A stretch of 64,000 bases of DNA, taken from assembly GCF_006345805.1 (NCBI RefSeq), contig NC_042999.1, forward strand, positions 119,164,001 through 119,228,000. Direction: 5' to 3'. This DNA is from Octopus sinensis. Its lineage: Eukaryota. Position numbers and translations under genes: made by a program. The notes beneath the pieces were generated by a model, which was given only the letters and a program-made list of their open reading frames with translations, made no database searches and was not told the DNA's origin. Positions 1 through 12,261 of the stretch are shown here, in pieces. Position 1 is the first letter of the stretch, and the number at the start of each line of letters is the position of its first letter.

Positions 1-504
1 TAATGCAACCTTGTCCACATGAGAGGTTGAGTTATTGACCAATCAGCAACCAGACTTCACATGATAGATCATTCTTGATCCCATTGGAATATCATAGTAC
101 AAGGGTTATAAAAGGCTTGCTTTTAGCACTAATTTTCAGTGTGTGGCAACGGGCAGTCCAGTGCTCACACATTCTCTTGTCATTATCATAGTCATTTTAA
201 CAACTTCTGCTCAACCTGGATATATCATTAGATTTGTCTGTAATGAATTTAATGTGTATATTTTCTCCTGTCTTGGCAAGCCTCACTACAGAGCTTTTGT
301 AATCACTACTTATGAGTGCTGCAGAATTATTCTTTCAATTATGTTGACTTGTGAAAATTTTCTAATTCATGACCAACCTGAATATTGCTTGTGCAGTGAA
401 ATAAAGTCTCCTATTAAATGTTTGTAATGAGTTGTTATATCATTCACGCAGCCTCACATGCATACCATCAGGACAACAAAAGCTAAATTTTTTGATGTGA
501 ATGG

Positions 505-554
<50 letters not shown>

Positions 555-1399
555 GTGTGTGTGTAATATATAAGTATGTTCATTTTAGCACGTGAGTGAT
601 AGTTTGACACTTCTGGAATAAATGTAGAACCCTGTAGCTGTTCCTTTTGGGTCTGCTAAGTATTAAGTAAACAGCTCTTTATATTGGAAAGACGAGGCCC
701 TGAGAACTTGTTCATCAAACAGTAAATGCACCAAAGGAAAACAATGTAACTGGCTGAAAATAGCCAATAAAAACATTGTCATGCAATATACCACTTCTTT
801 GTAACAAAGATCATTCTGATCTCTGCCAAAATTATGTCTGTGATAATGGAGTCACAATACAATTAAAGGGTGCACTGAAAGACTTGTGACTGACCAAGAC
901 AGATCTTGTATCTATACATATGTGTGTGCATATTGGTCTGTGTGTATGTGTGTGTGTGGGGGTGGGTGTAGTGGGGTGTGAGAGAGAGAGAGAGGAAGTG
1001 TTGGTAAATAAAGAAGATAGAAAAAGATTGATAAATGAAGAAAATAGAATAGGAGTTAGTAAGGGAAGAAGATAACATAAGAAATATGATACGTTGTTTT
1101 CCTTTATCGATGACAAGTCATACTCGACTGTTTAGGGGATAACAGCATAAATAATGTACATGTAAGTGTAAAATATTCTTTTTAAAGCAGTAGATTTGTT
1201 ATAAACCAAGGTTTTGTATGTATCATTTAGGCCAGTTTACATGTATTTAGGACAGATTTAACCTAGTGCAAAAATTAGTAGGAAGAAGTGGTAGGTTTGA
1301 ACTGGATTGAGGTCATATTGAATCCCATGTTTTCACAACTGCAAATGAAAAGTTAGATGTACAGAAAGAAGGTTACAATGTTGGAGAAGAACTGCCTTG

Positions 1400-2560
1400 G
1401 TGAGATATTAGTTCATATTTTTGATTGCTTTCTACTCAATCTATACTGATAGACTTTTAATCTCCTTTTACACCAGCAATGAAGTAGTTGGGAGATGTCC
1501 AAAGCACTTTATACAGAACAGAATATGGTGATTGATGTAGGTTTTTGAATTGCATAGAAAATCACGTAAGCACTGCTGAATATTGGTTGATATGCGTCAA
1601 CGAGGAGTGCTGAAGATATAAGTTCAAAGTCAATGAACATAGATTACAAAATCCAGAATATCCACAGAAGGGGCGAACATAATTACTTGACAAGTTAATG
1701 CTTAAGTATTACCATGTACAAGTTCGGTTGATATTCAACCAATTTCATCCCTAATCATGGAATATCCAGAAGAGCATGTACTTTTATGAATGCATGCTTT
1801 GAGAATAGATTTCAACTGTTGATAAAATCTCTCAACCACGCTACTGGCAACGTGCCTGTAAGCAGTTTTGGATGCCTCTTTGCAAATCAGATGTGTCAGC
1901 TCATTGAAGAGGTTGGATGCAAACCAACGTTTTCAATCTATTGTGACTTTTGAAAGTATGCTAAATGGTTCAATCTAATGCTTGGTAGTTGTTTCTGCTC
2001 TGGTATTAGCCAACAGAAGGGCTTCAGGTCAACTGGTAACTAGATCAATGCAAGTAATAAGTGTATATACTTGTGAAAAGAGGCAGTGGTCCAATGATGG
2101 CAATGTGGATGTGCTGGAAACATTGCTCAGGTGTTGTGAAGATACCAAATAGTGATTTAACATGTTGATGGACTTAAGCTGCCAGACAAGCAACACAATG
2201 CCTAATTTATTCACTAGTGTCTCTGTCAATGTCAGTCCAGACAAAGTGAACTGATATAATTTTCAGTGTGGAGTTAGCATTAGATGAGACAATTTATGAA
2301 AGAAGAGGCACATGATGAATGATAAAGAAAATGAGGATTTGTGCAGATTTAAAACTTCTTAGTTTTGATCCTGGTCAGCTGCAATCAGTTGACTTTCAAG
2401 AGTAAACTGAATTACCTTATGATAAATTACCAGCAGTAATGTGAAATGGCTTCTTATAAATGAAGGAAAGAAGATCAGAAGGGATTTTATCACTTCTCTT
2501 GATATTTCAATTGTCAGTAATGAAATTGAAGTAGTGATGTCAGTCAAGCAGTGCTGTCAT
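1400..2560 (-). mobile_element. Degenerate Ty3/Gypsy LTR-retrotransposon pol: RNase H C-terminus plus integrase (pseudogenised)
   Basis: Manual minus-strand translation across stops and frameshifts gives FNFITDN*NIKRSDKIPSDLLS (RNase H end), HFVWTDIDRDTSE*IRHCVAC (integrase Zn finger), HI.IIGPLPLSQVYTLITCIDLVTS*PEALLLAN, TAYRHVASSVVERFYQQLKSIL, STELVHGNT and KSISID. These match the HIDIVGPLP / WPEA / NG.VERFHRQLK / TVSIDRLK motifs of Gypsy integrases in the expected order. Confidence 0.85.
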
Positions 2561-3495
2561 AGAATTTGATTTTGATATCACTTGCTTCTACAGGTCTTCG
2601 CAAGCAGAGTTTAGTGTCCAATGAAGGAACGGTATGCATAAGGGGTCTGGTTACGCCTCTGGCATAGGCCACGGATTATGGTCTCACTTGGTTTGCTGGG
2701 ACTACTCAAGCACAGCATATTTCTAAAGGTCTTGGTCAGTAGTCATTGCCTCGGTGAGGCCTAATGTTTGAAGGTCATGCTTCACCAACTCATCTCAGGT
2801 CTTCCTGGGTCTACCTCTTCCACAGGTTCCCTCAACCACTAGGGTGTGACACTTTGACACTTTTTCACACAGCTATCCTCATCCATTATCACCACTTGAC
2901 CATACCAGCACAGTCGTCTCTCTTGCACACCACATCTGATGCTTGTTAGGTCCAACTTTTCTCTCAAGGCACTTACACTCTGTTGAGAAAGCACACTGAC
3001 ATTACACATCCAGCAGAGCATACTGGCTTCATTCCTTGAATGCTAACACATGTCCTCAGATGTCACGGCCCATGTTTCACTGCCATGTAGCATGGCTGTT
3101 CATACACACGTGTCATACAGTCTACCTTTTACTCTGAATGAGAGGCCCTTTGTCACCAGCTGAGGTCGGAGCTTTGCCCAGGCTATTCTCATTCTAGCAG
3201 CTACACTTTCATAGCACCCACCCTGACTTGGTCACCTAGGTAACAGAAGCTATCAAATACTTCTAGTTTTTCTCCCTGGAATGTGGCAGAAGTCATTCTC
3301 TGCATATTTTCAGTGTTTATTGTGCCTGAGCATCTGCCACATACAAAAACTATCTTCCCAGTTAACCTTCCTTTGATATTGCTGCACCTCTTATGTGTCC
3401 ATAGCTTACACAGGGAACATCTTATAAAGTTTCTATCTACGCCTTTTCTACAGATCGAGCAGGGCTATCTACCTGAAGGGATTTGTAGATGCTAA
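2560..3495 (-). mobile_element. 5'-truncated RTE-clade LINE fragment (RT C-terminal region), inserted in the Gypsy relic
   Basis: ORF 2839-3021 (QERRLCWYGQVVIMDEDSCVKKC) carries the RTE-type RLRW.GHV.RM motif and is homologous to the 47665-48432 copy. Confidence 0.85.
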
Positions 3496-3499
3496 AATA

Positions 3500-3880
3500 G
3501 CTTGGGTGCTAATACAGAAGATGAGCTATGAAAAACCTTTTGAAATTGTCATCCAGTAAACACTTCATTTGATTCAGCAGTTGTTAAAGCTTCTTATCCA
3601 CCAGTTTTCCTGAAATAAATGGTTGATGTTTTTTGCTGTGACACTCACTGAAGTGAATTTACTTATTCCTCTCTTCAGTTCTTCCCAATTCAGAGAACAT
3701 AGTGGCATTGTGATGAGGTCTTGAAATTTCTGACTAATAATTGAATGCAACCTTTGAATTATACAACAAATTTGAAGCATCTGAAATAATACTGTTTATT
3801 GCAAAATATGAATCTGCCTGGGTAATCTAGAGAGACAAGTAGACTGTCATTGAGATGAAGAACTGTGTCATTAGTGTTGC
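3500..3880 (-). mobile_element. Degenerate Gypsy gag fragment, probably the same element as 1400-2560
   Basis: Minus-strand translation ITQADSYF...ISGKLVDKKL*QLLNQMKCLLDD resembles the WF.Q.E..F / LGDRKPSQLLRRMQQLLGD gag pattern. Its position and strand fit a location upstream of the pol relic. Confidence 0.55.
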
Positions 3881-4289
3881 AGTGGGAAATGTGGATGTCA
3901 TTTCTAATAAATCTGTTCCAAGTTTAAAACATTCAGAATAATTAGGTTTACCAAAATGGTTGTTAACAGAAACTGCTTATCAAAGCATTGAAGTACAGTA
4001 AAGGAATTCAAGGGTTTCTGGGAATCAAACTCATGGCCTTGCAACCGTGAGTTGATTACTTACTATAACTACTAAGCTACTCGCTTTTAGAATGTGTGTG
4101 TGTGTATGTACACACACACACGCACACACGCATGTAGTGTTCTGTTCTGTGATGATAAAATCAACAAAAAATACTCCATCTAGTGAGAGATGAATATTAT
4201 TTAATGACATCTCTTACCAAACAATCATGGGAACCTTCTTATCAGGTGCTACATAACATCTCTCCTTCCTGTGTTACTTCCCATATCTC

Positions 4290-4620
4290 TTTCCCAGTTT
4301 TCAGAGTTGGCACTGTAAATATAGGCACATTGAAAGGTAGGTCTAGTGAGATTGTAGAAATGTTTGAAAGGAGATGTGTTGATGTATGTTGTGTACACTA
4401 TGATACAGTTCTTCATCTCAATGACCATTCTGCAAGACTAGCCTGAGTTTAAGTACTCTATCTTTATAGATTAAGTACTCTATCATAAACCCTCACTACC
4501 ACTATGACCTTATCCACCATTTCTCTGCAAGAAATATGCCCACACTCTCTATTCCATCATTATTACCTTCCCAGAAGTGTTTATACCTATGCACTGGCTG
4601 AAGCTTCTCTCCACTTTGTC
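4290..4620. mobile_element. RTE LINE endonuclease N-terminal fragment, internally inverted
   Basis: Plus strand 4290-4395 encodes FRVGTVNIGTLKGRSSEIVEMFERRCVDVCCV (APE motif I). The continuation (WEGNNDGIESVGIFLAEK..DKVIVVVRVYDRVL..LRLVLQNG) is read on the minus strand at about 4430-4620. Confidence 0.7.
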
Positions 4621-4641
4621 AGTGGCTGGGTTTCGGTTACT

Positions 4642-4682
4642 CCACATTGATAAGGAGCAAATACCCCAAAACTAGTCTGTGG
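4642..4682 (+). ncRNA. Type-I hammerhead ribozyme motif, probably inactive (G12>A)
   Basis: CCACA-TTGATAA-GGAG CAAATA CCCC-AAAA-CTAG-TC-TGTGG: stem I CCACA/TGTGG, palindromic stem III ACTAGT, and GAAA changed to AAAA. Confidence 0.7.
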
Positions 4683-5003
4683 TTGTCAAACCAGCAAGGG
4701 GAAGCTGCTGACCTCCTCTGTTCGAAGGTTATAATGGACACAGGTTTGTGTGTCACATAGCTAGTTAGAAGCGAAGGCTGCTTGGAGTTTATCAACGGTA
4801 GCATTCTTCCTAATTTCCTGGACTGCCATGTTAGCTTGGCGATAACTATTGATATCCAGTACCGCTGCCATAGTCTCCTTTAGAGAGACTTAGAAATATT
4901 AATATTTTGATTCTGGAAAACCGGTGGATGTATTCCACTGAATATGATTAAATAAACCCTTGAACAGACAGTCAGCAGTTACACCTGCTGGGCTTCAGCT
5001 ATT

Positions 5004-5044
5004 TCACATTGATAAGGGGCAAATACCCCAAAACTAGCCTGTGG
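5004..5044 (+). ncRNA. Second hammerhead motif of subfamily A, degenerate
   Basis: TCACA-TTGATAA-GGGG CAAATA CCCC-AAAA-CTAG-CC-TGTGG, with G12>A and U16.1>C substitutions. Confidence 0.6.
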
Positions 5045-5383
5045 TTGTCAAACCAGCAAGGGGAAGCTGCTGACCTCCCCTGTTCGAAGGTTATAATAGA
5101 CACAGGTTTGTATGTCACATAGCTAGCTAGAGGTGATAGCCTCTTGGAGCTAATCAATGGTAGCATTCATCCTATTTTCCTGGACTGCCATGTTAGCTTG
5201 GCAATGACTATTAATATATATATATATATAATAAGGGATTGCTCCAAATGCTTACTGATTTTGTTTCAGTCAGGTATTCAAAATTAGTTATTCAACAGTT
5301 AATATATAAATCCAGGAATATATATAAAGAATTAATGGTAATGTTATGCCATTTTGTAACAATCCTTGTTATTATTATTGCTG

Positions 5384-5463
<80 letters not shown>

Positions 5464-5464
5464 G

Positions 5465-5665
5465 ATGGTGTCGGATTGTGCCAGTTCCACATTAAAAGCA
5501 CCCACCACATATTGTAAAGTGGTTGACATTAGAAAAGGCATCCAGCCGTAGAAACCAAGCTGAATCAGACTGGAATCTGGTACAGCTCTCTGGTTTGTCA
5601 GCTCTGGTCAAGCCGTTCAACCCATGCCAGCATGGAAAATGGACATTAAAGGATGCTGCTGCTGC
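5465..5665 (+). mobile_element. RTE-LINE 3' tail-derived short repeat
   Basis: AAAAGCACCCAC...AAGGCATCCAGCCGTAGAAAC...CAACCCATGCCAGCATGGAAAA matches the 3' end of the RTE copy at 48880-49047. Confidence 0.7.
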
Positions 5666-7209
5666 TGAGACATGCATATATGTACAAATGTGTGTTAATC
5701 TATCTATATGCCTATCTATCTATCTATCTATATGGAAATTGTTATGGTTCTAACAGTGAAATATGAATATTAATTTAAACTTGGTATTTGTACTGTAGTT
5801 TTGCTTAACAAGATATGTGAAAGTTGAAACTGTGTGCAATAAAATACTTCTTACCTGTTTGTTTCTTATCCCTCTTTGATTTAATGAAGTATGTTAGTAT
5901 TGCGGTGACTATAATGTAATAGCAATAACCTGATTTGTTCAACCAACCTTATTTATGAGTAAAATAATAATTAAGTTCAATTATTGTATGGCAAGATTAA
6001 TGCACTGCATCAAAACAGAGAAACAGAATGGCAAGTCTATTAATTAAGTATTGAACTATAGTAATAGAGCGTGTGGTAAATCACTGAATCGGAATTGATA
6101 GTTTGCAAGCATTTAATTTAGTGTGTATTGGATCTCGAAATTATTCCAAGTATTGGATCAACTTTAAGTATTCAGTCATTCGCAAATGTTAGAGGCATAT
6201 TAGAACTATAAGAACTATAACAATAAAGTGTTCATTGCAGGTCCTAAAAATGTGGAACCCATAACATAGGCTACTCAAGGGCTAGGTCGATCCAGAACTG
6301 TTAGTAAAAATTTTGTAGAGCCACTTCCTGAAACTTAGCTGTTCATTTTATTTACAAGGTGTATGTAGTGTTTGTAGAGGTTATTATATTATCTATCAAC
6401 AACGATGATGCTGTCACTGTCTGTCAGCCTGATTATTTCGATTATATTCCCTAATGTTTTACATAAAGCAATGAATCAAAATATATTGAGTTTTTATGCT
6501 ATCATCCTTGATGCTTTTGTTTCACCTGTCAAACTTTTCTTTCCAACCATTTCAGTCCCGTATAACCTTTCTGACCTCATTTCTGGACATCAGAAAAATG
6601 GAAGTTTAAAATCATAATGAGATATTAGTGAAACAATTCTTTCAGACCACCACTGTTCAACCATACGTGTTTTGGGTAGTAGAATGCAAGTTGATTGATT
6701 AGTTTCAATTTTGGAAGTCAAAATGAAAAATGCCAAATATCAACGGCTTCAACTTTTCTCTTGAAACTGCTTATCTATGAAAGGGTCTTCATATCCATGC
6801 ATTCCTATCAGTTACTGATTTCTAACGTTTACAAATATATTATTCCCTCAGTTACATTTTATCGACATTTCTAATACTTGCACGTGAGAAAGGCATATAC
6901 TTGCTATGAGGACTTCATCCATCATATATGAACAAAAATATACAACAAAGATTTATAATGGAAATAAGATTTGATTTTAAACTCATACACATACACACAC
7001 ACACGCACACACACACATACTTGCAATGCATCCCGGTGTTGCCTAGGTGTTATGACCTATAGCCATATTGTATTATTTGTTCCTTTCTTATGGGCAGAAT
7101 CAGCACAACTGATATACAGTGAACTGGATTACTGGTGTAATGGAAGTTATTGTTTGTTTAAAAGTGAAGCAGGAGGGTACAATTTGTATATTTGTTTTGT
7201 TTGATCTTT

Positions 7210-7500
7210 CTCAAGCCATGCCTGGCTCATAAGGGCCGGTTTCCCAGTTTCCTTGGCATATAGGTTCCCCACTTGGATGAGACGCTGGTCCGTCGCAGGT
7301 GAGCTGCAAGATGCAGGAAGAAAGAGTGAGAGAAAGTTGTGGTGAAAGAGTCAGCAGAGGTTTGCCATTACCTTCTGCTGTAGGCACGTGGAGCTTAGGT
7401 GTTTCACTCATAAACACACACATAGCCCGGTCTGAGATTTGAACCTGTGATCCCTCGACTGTGAGTCTGCTGCTCTAACCACTAGGCCATGTGCCTCCAC
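7210..7500 (-). mobile_element. tRNA-derived SINE (family shared with 55815-56105)
   Basis: Near-identical body to 55815-56105. The minus strand starts with a tRNA-like head (TGGCCTAGTGG A-box, GGTTCAAATC B-box). Confidence 0.75.
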
Positions 7501-7534
7501 AATTTGTATGGGTTTGCATGAAAGTGCTTTCTAT

Positions 7535-9790
7535 TCTTAAGAAGAATCACAAACTAAGTATTGCTTCATTGTCTAAAAGGAAGTTAATACAATTTTGCCC
7601 AGAAATTGTTTTCAAAATTTTAATTTTCCCCCATCCCCACTGCAATTTCTTAAATTGTAACATTTTTACAAATTTTTTTTTTATCCATGTAGAAAAATGC
7701 AGAGATTATGAATCTGGGAAATATATATTTTTTTAAAGTTTAATTTTTCTTAAAAAAAAAAACACTCAGAGGCCCTTCCCCCACCTCACCCACCCATCAC
7801 CTGCCCACTTTTAAACAGCTAAAAACATCTTTATGTTTCATTTTCATCTGATGTTTCATGCATGCATAGAATTGTACTGAAATAACTGACGTAAAATATA
7901 TTAAAGCACCATCAGAAAACCTGACATGCTAAAAACAACAGGTAAATGACATTATTTCTGAAGAAACTTCCTTGCTCTCCAATGTGCTAAAAGTGAAACA
8001 TTGGGAATTTGTAGCTTTTTGAAAGTGGTGAGGTGATGGGTGGATGTTTAGGAAGGAGATTTTAGTGTTTCTTTAAGAAAGAAGGAAGAAGAAAATTCTT
8101 AAAGATTTGTACTCTGTATTTTTTTCTCTGTGGATTATCACAAAAGACATTAAAAAAAGTAAAGAATGAAGAAATTGGGATGGGGAGGGAGAAAGTTAGA
8201 ATATTGAGAATGTGTTTTTTGGGTAAAATCCTAATCTGTATTGAACATAGGAATCAAAAGAAATTTAGATAAAAAATTGATGGTGGAGTTTGTGCAAATG
8301 TCACCTCGGACATGCTAGAAACAACAGGTAAAGGACAGAATTTCTGGGAGAACTTCCTTTTAAATCTATATCGAAGATCAGGTTTTTAAATACGAATTAC
8401 AGAAGAGAAAAAAATGATTTTAATTGGATTTGTGGTGTAATTCTGCATGTGCAAATAGCAAAAGATAGCATAATTCACACAGAAGTTTTACCTAGAGTAC
8501 GTGTGTGAGTATGTGTTTGAATGTGTATGTGTGTGTATGCCAAAGGAAGTTATATCTTTATGCTTTGATAAGAGCAGAAATTGAATGAGAGAAGAAAGTG
8601 ACATTCGCTTTGAAGTGAGAGCAGAAATTAAAAGAGAAGAGATGATGAAAGATGTATGTACGTCTATATGAAATGGATGCGTGTGTAAGTGTGTGTAAGT
8701 GTGTGCACATGTGTGTGTGTGTGAAAAAGAGAGAGAGAGAGAATGAAGGTGTGTGTTGTTATGTATGTATTTTTTGCATGTATGTGTAAGTGGCGTTCAT
8801 ATCTTTCATATACACGTACATAAATACATATGCATAAAACTTTTTGAATGTATGTGTGCGTATGCATGTAAGAGAGAAAGTAAGTGATTGTATTTACTCA
8901 TAACATATAGAGAAATGGTTGTCTTTTAAGGTACACACTAATATAGAAAATGTGGTGACGTCGTCATGGTATAAAATGTCAATTAGGATAGTAGAATTAT
9001 AGAAAGATTAGAATGTTAAATTTTTGTAATACAAATATGTAAATGAAAATAGAGTTTATTTGTTAGCCAAAAGATTACTGAATCTTTTGAATCCCTGTAC
9101 ATCAAAATCAACAACTCAGTTTTTGAACGTACTCATTAATTTCTGTAAAATTTTTTTTATTTCTTTATGCTTTGAAGAGAGCTGTAATTGAAAGGGAAGA
9201 GAAAGTGAAACCACAGCATTTGCTTTGAAGTGAGAGCAGAAAGTGAAAGGGAGGAGAAAGTGAACGATGTATGCATGTGTATATGAAATGGACATGTGTG
9301 TGTGTGAGCATGTGTGCATACAGGTGCATGAGAGAGAGAGAGAGAGAGAAGGAGAAAGAGTGTGAATGAGTGAAGGTGTGTGTTGTCATGTATGTGTAAG
9401 TGGCACTTATATGGTCTCTCTCTCACACACATACACATCTTCCATATACACATACATAAATACATATGCATACATTATTTTTGCATAAATGTGTGCATGT
9501 GTATGTGTGTGAGAGAGAGAGAGTGAGTGACTGCATTTCATCATAACTTAGAGAAATATGATGTCTTTTAAAGTACACATATAGAAAATATGACATCGTC
9601 ATCATTATCGTCATGGTATAAAATTTTTACGATAGTTGACTTATAGAAAACAATGTAAAATTTTTGTAATGCAAATATCTAAATGAAAATAAAGTTTATT
9701 TGGTAGTCGTAAGAATCTTTTGATACCCAATAAGTCAAAGTTGGCTACTCAGTTTTAAATGCATAAGGAAGATATGCACACACACTGCAC
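7535..9790. repeat. Cluster of rearranged copies of an unclassified interspersed repeat (probable non-autonomous DNA element)
   Basis: Segments are homologous to 33310-34725. The motif GACATGCTAGAAACAACAGGTAAA recurs at about 7925, 8310 and 33675, and the end block (...GTAATGCAAATAT...AATGCATAAGGA) recurs at about 9030-9130, 9660-9770 and 34600-34710. Internal GT/GA microsatellites. Confidence 0.7.
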
Positions 9791-11169
9791 TAACTCTCTT
9801 TGACATATATGGAAGTCGTCCCTGTCTGTCGTTCTCTCAGTCTGTCTCTCACATTCCTTGTGTGTCTATCTCTTCCTGTCTCCTCCCTTTCCTTGATATC
9901 AACCACCCTTATTATGCCACATTTTCCCAAACCTAACACATTTGCACCCCTCTCATTTTATCATGTAATAGTCCATTATCAAGTTTTATTGAAATTCAGT
10001 TAGCTTATAATTGAACTGGATGTTAGTTCAACATGTATTAAAAATTTGGTGAAGATTGCTTCTCTGGTTTGGGCATCAAGATGGTAACAGACAGAAATTG
10101 CCATTTATATACAAGATATATATTATATATATATTATGTCTCGAACTAATACACCTGCTGGTTGTTTCTTTACCTATCTTCTTTTTTTGATTTCTATAAA
10201 TTTGTACTATATATGCTGGTTCTTGCTTCACCTATCTTCCTTTTTCTTGTTTTCTGTAAATGTGTACTATATATGTATATTTAAGGTAATTCAGTTACGA
10301 AAACCAGTTTACATATTTCTTTTGCATTCTCTTTTTTATAATTGTCATTTGACTTGTAACTACACCTTTTCCATTTTAAAACCATGAAGAATTATTTTGG
10401 GGTGGTTTTGTGGGGCTGGAATGGATTAATCATATTTCAGTGGGCAAAATTGATTTGTAAAATTAGTAAATCATAAAATGAGCTCAGTCATGGAATAAAT
10501 TAAATTCGTACTGCAAGGCATCACTGTATTTATATTTGTGTAGTTTCTCTATCTCCTTCATTAGAATTCATATATTACACAGAAAACTGATCTTTGAGTA
10601 TTCTGAAGGATTTGGCTTATCTCTTAGAATAGACTTTTTATCATTCATTTAAATCTTTTGTTTTGTTTGTTTGTACTCTCTAATATGATTTCAAGTGTAT
10701 GAATCTGAAACTCTGCGAAGTCAGCTTTTATAGATCAAATTTTCACAAGAAGAGGCAACCATACAAAATGAAGTTTATTATTTTCTCACCAACTTCACAT
10801 AATCTACTATTACTTTCTATAGAAATAACTAGATGAAATACCCAGGGATGTGTGCTGCATGAAAATTTAATTGTTAAGTGTTTGCTAACATACTTGATGT
10901 AATAAATCAAGAAATTTTATTAATCAAAATTATACACTTAGTGATGAAAAGGGTCATAATCTAAATGACTAATTCTAGTCCAAAATTAGAGGAGACAACT
11001 CTAAAATTTTAATTTAAAAAAATGAATTAAATATTCAACGCAGTGAGAAGAAGTTGGATCATTAACAGTACAACTCTGACTTTAGCAGTCCAATGACAAC
11101 TCTGAGCCTATTTAGGTCTTATCAAACTTCATCAAGGCAGCAAATTTTAAATGGCTAATCTGTAAAATC

Positions 11170-11380
11170 TGAGATTGACAAGAGAGGTCTTTGTGAATGA
11201 ACACAGGGTGGTGTAATAAATTGAATGAGTGACTGGGGAAAATGTTTATGGACATCTGCTGCAATAAAACTTAACAGTAAAGTGGGTGCTAAGATATCTG
11301 TTCTGCTAAATCGCAACATTTTAATTGATTGGAATTACATCATCAATGATGAGAAATGTCATTTATTAAGGCAGGGAGAC
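11170..11380 (+). mobile_element. Possible L1/Tx1-type LINE endonuclease remnant
   Basis: ORF 11225-11485 begins SDWGKCLWTSAAIKLNSKVGAKISVLLNRNILIDWNYIINDEKCHLL, which resembles the W.G...WS......GV.IL...D..GR pattern of L1/Tx1 APE domains. Weak match. Confidence 0.4.
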
Positions 11381-11689
11381 TTTTCTCCTATCTTTCTTTT
11401 TATTTATTACACCACTCCTTGCTCATTCTCAATAACAAGAAAGTATATCCCTCTTGTCAGTTTGAGAGTTTTCAATCTTGGTTAGTTTAAGTTTTGCTGA
11501 TGAAGTCACATAAAACAAAAACATGTCAGGAGTTTCACCAGACTGCTAAAAGTCACTCACTAAGCACTGCATTTCATGTTTAATCCATTTATTTCAATTA
11601 AAATTTTGGAGTTGCCTCTCCTTCTTACATTTTTTTTCCAGAATTATTTATTCAGATAATTAGTATTTTCATTCTTGCTTGTGAAGACT

Positions 11690-12205
11690 TGTTGAGGCAA
11701 GCGAATTGAAATCAAAATCAAAATCAAATACGATGATTGGCACCCATGCTAGTGGAGCGCTAAGAGTACAATACGAGTGAGATCCTTGCCAGAGCAACAA
11801 GCTGTCCTCCATGCTGATGGCATGTTAAAAAACACCATTCGAGCATGATTGTTACCTGCGTTGCCTTACTAGCACCTGTGCTGGTGGCACATGAAAAACA
11901 TTCGAAGTGAGGTCATTGCCAGTGCTGCTGTACTGGCTCCTGTGCAGGTGGCACATAAAACACACCATCTGAGCGTGGCCGTTGCCAGTACTGCCAGACT
12001 GGACCTCATGCTGTTGGCACGTAAAAGCACCCACTACACTCTTGGAATGGTTGGCATTAGGAAGGGCATCCAGCAGTAGAAACTCTGCCAGATCAGATTG
12101 GAGTCTGGTGCAGCCATCTGGTTTGCCAGACCTCAGTCAAATCGTCCAACCCGTGCTAGCATGGAAAGCGGATATTAAACGATGATGATGATGATGATGA
12201 TGATC
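11690..12205 (+). mobile_element. RTE-LINE 3' UTR fragment ending in a (GAT)n tail
   Basis: Internal GGCAC.TAAAAAGCACC repeats and the GAAGGGCATCCAGC.GTAGAAAC block, followed by (GAT)n. Matches 48430-49047. Confidence 0.8.
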
Positions 12206-12261
12206 ACTGGGAGCGTAATTTCAAATAATCAATATTATTTTTGTTTTTGTCTAACTACATC

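Larger units (their letters stand above)
4622..5212 (+). mobile_element. Older hammerhead-containing 362-bp tandem repeat (about 1.6 units), retrozyme/PLE-terminal-repeat-like, subfamily A
   Basis: The TTGATAAGG motif occurs at 4647 and 5009 (period 362). The unit aligns by eye with the 13779-14702 element (e.g. GACCTCC..TGTTCGAAGGTTATA, GTGGATGTATTCCAC, TGGCGATAACTATT) and ends at an (AT)n tract. Confidence 0.85.

Noticed and set aside
11495-11535. CTGATGA-AGTCACATAAAAC-AAAA-CATG-TC hammerhead-like string
   Set aside because: Stem II and GAAA are broken and stem I pairs only through G-U wobbles. It is too degenerate to call, though it may be an old PLE remnant.
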